Assembly (NCBI RefSeq): GCF_964204865.1
Contig: NC_135256.1
Span: 12,462,001-12,526,000, forward strand
Direction: 5' to 3'
DNA from: Styela clava
Lineage: Eukaryota
DNA length: 64,000 nucleotides
The notes beneath the pieces were generated by a model, which had not been told where the DNA came from, searched no databases, and worked only from the letters and a program-made list of their open reading frames with translations. This document shows positions 54,390 through 63,641 of this stretch, one piece after another (positions within the stretch are counted from its first letter, which is position 1; every line of letters starts with the position of its first letter). Both the position numbers and the translations under genes were made by a program.

Positions 54390-54742
54390 TAAGATAAAGA
54401 TAAGAGGATAAGATTTACATATTTATCCCGGGGGAGAGGAAAGCCGATAAGACGGCTTATCCATATGGCGAACCACGGCCTCTCGTCCGGTTACCATTCC
54501 AAGTCGGGTATGAGATTAGTTTTTTTATTGTATGTTTTCGGAAGCATGGACTTGGTGGTGGAGGAAGCCGTAACCGACCAGCGGTTACGTGAACCACCCA
54601 ACGACGGCGAGGAGTCCAGCAATCCTCTCGCACATAACCATCCCTGCTTGGGATTCGAACCTGCGAACCCACGCAGAGTAATTAGAGGTGCGGTGGCGAG
54701 CGTATTCCTAACGCTTAGCCCGTTGAGCCACACCGCCGCGCC
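54390..54742 (-). mobile_element. Full-length tRNA-derived SINE
   Basis: A box TGGCTCAACGG (54720-54730), B box GGTTCGAATCC (54651-54661), conserved core and (ATCTT/ATCCT)-like tail; near-identical to 63311-63641. Confidence 0.9.
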
Positions 54743-54830
54743 AACCGGTACATAACCTTGTAAATATACCGGAAATAGCGCCATAAAACCATGGCGAGAG
54801 GCGCCGTGGTTCTTTCGTGGCAGGAGGTGG

Positions 54831-55324
54831 TGTAGCGAATGTGCATTGTGTAACTATGAATTATAATGTTTTAACCCTTTCATTTTAATAGTGTGTTCCA
54901 TTCCCCACAATAGGTCATTTTATTGTAGCAACACTGATTACTGATTACATGTACTGCCTTTCTCGTATCGACCAATTTGATGACGTATCGTCCCGGCTTG
55001 CCGAGAGGGCTGCATAATATTGTGTTTAGATCCACTTCTGTTTTACTGCGTTAAGTGTGATGTGTTTTGATTCACTCCTGATTTACTGTGTTAAGAGTTA
55101 AGTGTGTCTCAATTTTATCTGTTTTCGGAATTTGGATTGTGCATCTTCCTATAATATACAACAACGATTAGCATCAACACTGTGTGCTTATTATCGTCTG
55201 AAGGAGTCCAGATTGGAGTCACATTCCATAACGCGTGTCAAAACAATAACGCGGGAATCGAACTTAAACATATAGGGGGAAAGTCTTTATCCCATCATCA
55301 ACATCTCATCTCTTTCTCCCTATA
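54831..55324 (+). repeat. 5' LTR (494 bp)
   Basis: TGTAG...CTATA; matches the 3' LTR except one 1-nt and one 2-nt indel (visual comparison). Confidence 0.96.
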
Positions 55325-55327
55325 TTT

Positions 55328-55344
55328 TGGTGACCTCCGACGTG
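55328..55344 (+). promoter_or_regulatory. Primer binding site, tRNA-Trp
   Basis: TGGTGACCTCCGACGTG versus the tRNA-Trp PBS TGGTGACCCCGACGTG (one extra T), 3 nt after the LTR. Confidence 0.88.
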
Positions 55345-55361
55345 TAAAGACACGCAACCGC

Positions 55362-55420
55362 TTGGAAATTTAATTCAACAAGTTGGAAAAATCAATTCAA
55401 CAACTGGAAAATCAACTTCA
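55362..55420 (+). repeat. Three ~21-bp tandem repeats in the retroelement leader
   Basis: ttggaaatttaattcaacaag / ttggaaaaatcaattcaacaa / ctggaaaatcaacttca. Confidence 0.75.
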
Positions 55421-55635
55421 TGATGGCAATTCAGGAATTCAACAATGAAGACAGCAGCCTTTCCCAAGTAAATACCTTTTCATATTTATTCTCGAGACGT
55501 TTTCACGGACAAAGGATTCAAACGAACATTATATATTGTTTTTTTTACTGTAATGTGTAATTTTTATATAGGAATGCCAGATACACACTTTATGCGTTCG
55601 TTGCGTTCCGTCGCCGCTAGATTTTAGTGTTACGC

Positions 55636-56893
55636 ATGTCGAGTACCAGACAGTCGCAACGCCTTAAACAAAAGCAAGATTCAGAAAGCAGACGCTCTGA
55701 TTCAACCTCACTTAAAACTCAACCACAAAGGATAAGTGTAGCAATACAAACTACTAAAATTCGTCCACGCAAAACCACACAGTGCACAATGACATCTTCG
55801 CCTACAACTACAGAACATATCTCTTCTGAGAACACTACACCCGGATCATCAAGCTCTTCTACATCTTCAATAACTACAGAGAATGTCAGTTCTGAGAACC
55901 CTACACCGCGCTCATCCAGTTCTTCCACCTCTTCGAATACGGAGACGGTTATGTTGCCTGATAACTATATAAAATTTTTGACCTCGAACAAACGCGAGCC
56001 TATTTGGGAGCACGCTGTCAGGCAATGGATTGATAATATTACTGCTTCATTCACACATTTCGGAATCGTCGATCCTGATTTTAAACTCAAATATGTAATT
56101 CAGAGTTTCACGCCAGACCAGTATGCTAGAATGGAGGAGTTTATGCCAGATCGAGACACTAAAATAACGAAGGATGATTATGATAACTTTATTGACGCTA
56201 TCAAACAAATTTTCGAGTTGAATTTCATCGACCAAATCGAGGCGTTAGGCCTCGATTTGCAAGAATATGACACCTACCCAAATATACAGCTTAATTTGTC
56301 GTACACTAGATTTTCACGCTTCAAAAAACCCGATTCCGGAGCAAATATTACGGTTTTATTTTGTTCAACTTGTACCAGAACCAGTGGCGATTTTCGTAAG
56401 GCGACTTTTTGCAAAAAGTGGAACAAAACGCTCCATGAGTCGAATTGTAGACATGGCAGAAACATTCTGGGATACAAATTACGCATCAGGCTTTGCTACT
56501 ATTTCTAAAACAACACCACAATCTGAAGCAAGAGCTTATTCAGAGTTGTTGGCAGAGATGAAACAGCTTAAAACTCAGTTAGACAAGGTTACACAGGAAA
56601 AACAGCAAACCTACCGCTCAAATTACAACCGTCAGCAGAGAGGCAATGATTACCAGGACAGACCACCTCAAAAATACACCAATTTGAGAGGACCGCCTAG
56701 ACGCGATCGCCAATATCGTGGTCCACCCCCGGAACTTCACGGTCCGCCTTTTCGACACAATAATGGACCGCCAATGAACGTTTCTCAACAAAACACGGAC
56801 CCCAATCTCTGTTACTATCACGCGACTTTTGGCGACAAAGCTTACAAATGCAAAGGTGTAGGATGTGCCATGGCTCCTCAAAATTTTCACTAA
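55636..56893 (+). pseudogene. gag: gag, split by a +1 frame change near 56249-56266
   Basis: Ser/Thr-rich N-terminus with a ~22-aa tandem duplication and a capsid-like helical region. The second frame carries MTPTQIY... and the CHCC knuckle CYYHATFGDKAYKCKGVGC. Confidence 0.8.
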
Positions 56894-59800
56894 GATCGGG
56901 TCAAAGTTGTCGAAAACCCGAAAGAATCTGTGCAACAGCAAACTCAGCATGGCAACAACCAACTTCTCTTATGTACATAATTGATGAATCGAGTCGACGT
57001 CGATTTCTTGTCGATTCTGGGTCATTTCTTTCAATTATTCCAGCTGATTTTATACCTATAAAGAAACCACTTAGTCATTCCCTTTATGCCATCAATGGTA
57101 CGAAGATACCATGGTATGGGACTCGTTTGTTAACTCTTGATCTTGGAGATGGTCTTACCTACAACTTTGAATTTCAAATCGCGAAAGTGCGAACCCCTAT
57201 CATTGGCATTGATTTCCTGACCAAATACAACTTATTACTCGATGTGGGTTCAGCTACATTGAAAAATCCACGCTCTCAACACTACATTAAAGGCAGGAGA
57301 ACCTTTATGCCGACAATTGCTGCTTCATTCATTTCACCTAGCCACGATAGTCGAGTTACAAACTTACTACGGAAATATGAAGATATTACTATTCCTAAAC
57401 ATACATCTGTTCGCTTTAAACACAATACAGTACATCGAATACAAACAAATGGACAAATTATTTCAGCCAAACCAAGAAGAGTACCCTTTCACTTACAAGC
57501 TTCTGTGGAACAAGAAATTAAAACTTTATTAGCCTTAGGAGATATAATTCCATGTAATTCAGTTTATAATTCTCCAGTTACCATCGTTCCAAAGCGGGGT
57601 TCTAATGCTATCAGGCTGTGCCTCGATTTTCGACTTTTGAATTCAATCACGATCAAGGAAAAACACCCCGTGCCCCACTTGTACGATTTTGTCAATAAAT
57701 TGCATGGCTGTCGACATTTCACTACACTTGATCTCACAAAAGCTTATAATCATATTCCTATCTTGGAATCGGATCAACCAAAAACAGCCTTTTCCTGCAA
57801 CAATAAAATGTACATGTTTAAAACTCTTTGTTTTGGGCTAGCATCTGCCCCAGCGACGTTCAATTATTTCATGACCGAAGTTTTAGCGAACATCGACAAT
57901 ATATTTGTATTCTTCGACGATATTCTCATTGCAACCAAAAGAGAGGAAGAACATTTCAGAACACTAGATCAAGTTCTAGAACGCTTACACATTTATGGAC
58001 TTACTATAAATCCAGATAAATGCCATTTCAACAAATCAGAAATTAAATTCTTAGGCCATCAGGTTACGCCCGAAGGAATACAACCCTTAGCCGACAAGGT
58101 GGAAGTATTGCAGAAATATCCTCAACCGAACACATTGAGAGAATTAAGATCTTTTATTGGTCTTTGTACATATTATAATCGTTTTGTAAAGAACTTTGCT
58201 ACCATTATACGACCTTTAAATGAGATGACAGTTGGGAAGCCTAGTAAACGTTCTCGAATCAAATGGAATGATGAATCTTTGAAAGCTTTTGATGACATTA
58301 AACATGCTTTAGCCAATGCTACTTTGTTGGTTCATCCACATCATCAAGCACCCATTTCTTTAATTACTGATGCATCTGACATTGGAATATCAGGTGTTTT
58401 GCAAATGTTTGAAAATAATCAATGGAGACCTCTGGGCATGTTTTCGAGAGCTCTTCGTGGCCCCCAGAAAACTTATTCTACTTTTGGCAAGGAACTTTTG
58501 GCTATTTTTGAATCTATCAAATATTTTCGGCATGAATTGACAGGAAGAAAATTTCAATTAATCTCAGACTCGAAAAGCCTGGTACAGGCTATTCAAAGTC
58601 CGAAAGAGCGATTAATCCAACGGGAGGCCCGTCAGCTTGAATACATATCAACTTTCGATTCCACAGTAAAACACATTGCCGGTGCATTGAATATCGCAGC
58701 GGACACATTGAGCCGAATAGAAATTCACCCCGCAGAGCATGGTGGAATAAATGCCATTGTACCTCAACAGGAAATTATCCCGTTAACTGACATCTATAAC
58801 GCACAGCAAAACGACCACGAGCTGAAGTAACTTTTAACGAACGCAAGCAAGCATTCTCTACAGTTAGTACAATTTCCAGTCCCAGGATTGGCGGGGAACA
58901 TTATTTGTGACGTCAGCCTCGCTGGCAAACCTCGAACATATATTCCAACTTCATTACGATATCGCATTATCAACCTAACTCATAATTTGTGTCATCCAGG
59001 AATATCAGGAACTCAACAACTTATAAAAGACAGTTATGTCTGGCCGAATATGAGTAAAGACATCCGTAAGTTTGTTCGTGAGTGCATACGATGCCAGAAA
59101 GCAAAAGTTCAACGACACATACGCACAGAATTGAAAAACATCAAAGTTCCAGATGAACGTTTTAGCACTATCAACGTAGATTTACTTGGACTACTCCCCC
59201 AATCTCATGGTTATGTTTATTTGCTCATGATAATTGACAGATATACAAGATATCCAATCTGTGTTCCATTGAAGGACAGTTTGACTAATACAATCGTACA
59301 CGCTTTCACTAATAATTATATAAGCCATTTTGGTGCTCCTAGTACCGTTATTACAGATAATGGACCGCAATTTACATCAGCAACTTGGAAAGATTTCATG
59401 ACATTCCTTGGTTCAAAACATATATTGACAGCGCCATATCGTCCTCAAGAAAATTCTTTAGTTGAGCGTCTTAATCGAACTGTTAAAGCTTCTCTTAGAG
59501 CTTGTGAACATCCATCTGACTGGTTTCCGAATTTGGGTTTTGTATTACTTGGTATTCGATCAGTTGTTAAAGAAGATTTGGGTTTCAGTCCGGCTGAGTT
59601 AGTTTACGGATCAACATTACGCCTTCCAGGACAGTTTGTGGAACCGCAACCAGACGCGACAAATACCGACCCTCATACATATGTAAATAAACTTAAGAGA
59701 TTTTTCAGAAATCTCTGTTCAAATCCAACACGCAAACAGCCTTCAAGGAAAACTTATATACCAAAGGACTTGAGAAATTGTAGCCATGTTTTTATCAAAA

Positions 59801-60267
59801 TCAGTCGATCAAGAAAAGGACTGGAAAACTTCTATGAAGGACCCTTCCAGGTCTTAAAACGTGGAAGTAAGCATTTTATCGTCGACCGGAACTCAAAGCC
59901 GTATGAATGTTCAATTGACAACTTAAAAGTTGCACACCTACCAACTTCTGACCTATGGCATGCAGATATTGAGGATAGGAATCTTGGCGCCAAATCATAT
60001 GAACGACCGGCGAGCGATGTCACTGTTTCGCGCCCACGGACTTTCAATTTCAATATTTCAAATAATAATGATACGATATCCGATACAAGCACAAAACGAT
60101 CAAATTGCGATGCAGAAATTCATTTTACAGATTCAGCACATCGACTGGGGCCGTCTCCGGAAATGTCAAATCAGCAACAATCAAATCGGCCGCGAAGGCT
60201 GAGAAAACGCCCACGCCATTTAAGCAAAGACTTTATTCTATCAAGCGAATTTCAGATGAATATCTGA
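56881..60267 (+). pseudogene. pol: pol (protease-RT-RNase H-integrase) with in-frame TAA at 58828-58830
   Basis: FLVDSGS protease; RT motifs RLCLDFRLLN, LDLTKAY, FGL..APATF and FFDD; RNase H TDAS/ELLA; integrase HNLCH..CIRC, D-D-E and GPF. ORFs 56848-58830 and 58888-60267 share one frame. Confidence 0.93.
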
Positions 60268-61066
60268 TGACCATATTTTACTACACAATACTTTGCTTTG
60301 TCATGCTTTGTATGAGTACGCAAGCCGTTGAGGGACCACTGAAATTATGTCACAAATCGTTACATGGACAGACTTACGACATACGCAAATTTGTAACCGA
60401 CACAAACTTCATACAATGAAGAATTGTTCAGCAAACATCTACGAGACATCTGCCCTTCTTACAAATGTTGATACCAAGATTTGTAAACGTACAACGACCT
60501 ACTGGCGAACCATTTAATGGCTGTTCTTCGTCAAGCGCAACCAAAAACACGTTCAAATACCTCAGCCAATGCGCACCCAATTCTGGTTTTTGCCGGAAAG
60601 GTGTGTTTACATTTGTTTGGAATGTTGAAGATACGAAAGCTTGTAGAGCTCGCAACTTTCCGAAATTCAACACTACCGAATTCTTGTTATATTACAATGC
60701 ATCGGGCAATCTTACCGATTGGAAATACCGATCATTGCAAACTAACGAAATCTTGCATTGAATCAAACGAAGTCTATTGTGCATACAATGGCTTTGTTTT
60801 AAACGTAAATGACAACTGCCAAGACATTGTCAGATTACGTCATAAAGGCGTGGCCGCTATTTGGCCTCATTTACGCTTTATTCGTTGTACCCCTGCTTTA
60901 CATAGGTTATTTCATCTATCGAAGCTTGCCAAACTGCCGAATGTCCGTTCGCCGTAACAAATGGATTGCTGCAACCAATACAACGACTTCTCAGCATACC
61001 ACGACAAACCGTAGTACAATTCAACGAACAACAAGAAATACACCAGTTATCCGATGTCGAAATTGA
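60267..61066 (+). pseudogene. Degenerate env-like glycoprotein ORF3
   Basis: Signal peptide MTIFYYTILCFVMLCMSTQA; Cys-rich segments with sequons NTT, NAS and NLT; TM helix WPLFGLIYALFVVPLLYIGYFIY (~60851-60919) and a basic Thr-rich tail. Spread over three frames. Confidence 0.7.
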
Positions 61067-61952
61067 CGATGAATCGATGGAAAATGCTAGCAACTTCTCA
61101 GGTGCGAGCACCCAAGCTCAAATTGAGTCGAAAGTTTGACTGTAACAACCTTTTAATTTATCCCCACCCTATTAAGTCAACTCGATTCCGGCGGTCGTTG
61201 CGAGTTGTATATGGTGTGTATCTCGCAATGTGTCGCCTCGTTATTAATCATCTTGTATTTTATCACTTTAATCGTTTTGTATTTTATTACTTTTCTCTTA
61301 CTTTAAATATAACAACAACAAAAAAAACATACAAATAAAATAATTGTGCAGTGTCAGTTTTCTTTTCTGTGTAATTACTTGTTATTAATCAATGCCTTGT
61401 TTTTTAGATATCACGAGTTCTTTTACGTCATACAGAATTTGATTCAGGTTCAATTTCAGGGATTCAATGGTTCAATAATCTGTCAAATTACTCATTATTC
61501 AATTTACAGGATTTTTTCTTACTTATTATTTTATTTCAAATAACCTCTAACGCCAATTTTACAATCTTAAACACCAAACCAATTTCGATGTAATTCTCAA
61601 GTACTAAATCCGCCATTTTTTTCTTCTCAGGTCCTTCCTTTAAACATCAAAGTGTTTTACATTCTTTTAGGTCCTTTCTTTCAAGTATTGTCGCCATTTT
61701 GTTTACTATTTCGTTACAATTCCATTTTAAAATGTTAAGCATTTCTAAGCAACATAGAGACCCTTTGAATTTTTTTTCTCGTATTTTGTTTTCTCTCGAA
61801 CGGCGTATATTCTCTTGTATACCTTAACCATTACTCATCATATCGTACCAATATCTTTTATTAATTCGTGTTATTTTGTTTTCTTTCACCTCATCTCTCG
61901 GCGGCCGGACTCCAAAATTTAAAAAATTATCAAGTTAATTTTTTTTACTGTC

Positions 61953-61961
61953 GAGGGGGAA
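61953..61961 (+). promoter_or_regulatory. Polypurine tract
   Basis: GAGGGGGAA after a T-run, 3 nt before the 3' LTR. Confidence 0.85.
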
Positions 61962-61964
61962 TTG

Positions 61965-62457
61965 TGTAGCGAATGTGCATTGTGTAACTATGAATTATAA
62001 TGTTTTTAACCCTTTCATTTTAATAGTGTGTTCCATTCCCCACAATAGGTCATTTTATTGTAGCAACACTGATTACTGATTACATGTACTGCCTTTCTCG
62101 TATCGACCAATTTGATGACGTATCGTCCCGGCTTGCCGAGAGGGCTGCATAATATTGTGTTTAGATCCACTTCTGTTTTACTGCGTTAAGTGTGATGTGT
62201 TTTGATTCACTCCTGATTTACTGTGTTAAGAGTTAAGTGTGTCTCAATTTTATCTGTTTTCGGAATTTGGATTGTGCATCTTCCTATAATATACAACAAC
62301 GATTAGCATCAACACTGTGTGCTTATTATCGTCTGAAGGAGTCCAGATTGGAGTCACATTCCATAACGCGTGTCAAAACAATAACGCGGGAATCGAACTT
62401 AAACATAGGGGGAAAGTCTTTATCCCATCATCAACATCTCATCTCTTTCTCCCTATA
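61965..62457 (+). repeat. 3' LTR (493 bp)
   Basis: Direct repeat of 54831-55324, followed by TSD GTGG. Confidence 0.96.
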
Positions 62458-62914
62458 GTGGTAATGACTGCGTCTCCTGTTTTCCGCTGTTTTGCGCTGG
62501 TTTCCTTCTGTTTCGCGCTGTTTCGCGCTCTTTTGTGCTCTTTGCGGTGTTTCGCGCTGTATTCAGTAAGTAGTAAGACCCCTTAATACTGTAATAGAAC
62601 AGAAATGTAGGAAACCCTTACTCCAGCTCTCTACGATGTCTACCATGGTTATTGGTATTGTTCCTCCCCACTTCTTTTTTTAATGGATCCACAAGCTGAC
62701 AAGGTGGTTTATTCAATAATTAATTAAAATAATACGGTAATGAATAAAGACATATGTCAGTACAGCAGTACCGGTGGCGGTTAGACCACGCTTTCTTTTT
62801 TTCAGACAATGGTCCCAAAACTTATAAGTCTGTAGTGAGAGCTGATATATATTCAGCATATAGCAGTTGGTATGTTATTGGTTTGTTTGACTTATGGGTT
62901 CAACGTTATACATA

Positions 62915-63012
62915 CCGTGTTTCCCCGAGAAAAAGACCTAGCCTAAAATACGGCCTAGTCTAAATTTTTAATCTGATTTTAATATTGGCCCTCCCCTAAA
63001 AACAAGACCTGG
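62915..63012 (+). mobile_element. Tc1/mariner (pogo/Tc2-like) left-end remnant
   Basis: TA followed by CCGTGTTTCCCCGAGAAAAAGACC with repeated AAGACCT motifs; no right TIR found in the window. Confidence 0.55.
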
Positions 63013-63310
63013 TCGACAGCGAGAAATTTGATTGAAAAAATAAGATTTGGTCAGACGTCCCTGCTTGTATTGATGAAATACTACATATGTAAAGATAACG
63101 ACACACTTTAAAACACACACAACAGTCTTAACACCTGTTTTTGTCAAAGATTCATTTTGCTATTTAAATTGAAACTATTGAGAGTAATCTAATGTCACAA
63201 TTTAGCGTACGTCCCAGCACAGCATTGTAAAACCACCTATTAGAACAGTGATTTTTAAATTTGTTGACGTTACCACACAAAACGTCAAATAGAAAAACGA
63301 GTCCTACAGA

Positions 63311-63641
63311 GGGTTAGGAGGTTAGGATTAGGATTTACATATTTATCCCGGGGGAGAGGAAAACCGATAAAACGGCTTACCCATATGGCGAACCACGGCC
63401 CCTCGTCCGGTTACCATTCCAAGTCGGGTATGGGATTAGTTATATTGTTTGTTTTCGGAAGCATGGACTTGGTGGACCAGCGGTTACGTGAACCACCCAA
63501 CGACGGCGAGGAGTCCAGCAATCCTCTCGCACATAACCATCACTGCATGGGATTCGAACCTGCGAACCCACGCAGAGTAATTAGAGGTGCGGTGGGGAGC
63601 GTATTCCTAACGCTTAGCCCGTTGAGCCACACCGCCGCGCC
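63311..63641 (-). mobile_element. Full-length tRNA-derived SINE with an 18-bp internal deletion
   Basis: A and B boxes and core near-identical to 54390-54742; lacks tggaggaagccgtaaccg. Confidence 0.9.

Larger units (their letters stand above)
54831..62457 (+). mobile_element. Full-length Ty3/Gypsy LTR retrotransposon, CsRn1/Kabuki/Boudicca-like, with env-like third ORF
   Basis: Direct LTRs 54831-55324 and 61965-62457; TSD GTGG (54827-54830, 62458-62461); PBS, PPT and gag; PR-RT-RH-IN domain order. Confidence 0.96.
54129..62581. mobile_element. Foldback/MULE-like MITE hosting nested insertions
   Basis: 40-bp perfect TIRs GGTCTTACTACTTACTGAATACAGCGCGAAACACCGCAAA (54129-54168 / 62541-62580), followed by ~10-bp CAGCGCAAAA-type subrepeats; 8-9-bp TSD CTTAATAC(T) at 54120-54128 and 62582-62590. 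Confidence 0.85.

Noticed and set aside
54457-54784. Duplicated small ORFs (also 63385-63830) suggesting a gene pair
   Set aside because: They are incidental frames within SINE copies with Pol III A/B boxes.
58828-58833. Programmed readthrough between RNase H and integrase
   Set aside because: TAA CTT is not a recognised readthrough context; a CAA>TAA nonsense change fits the DHELK(Q)LL context and the other lesions.
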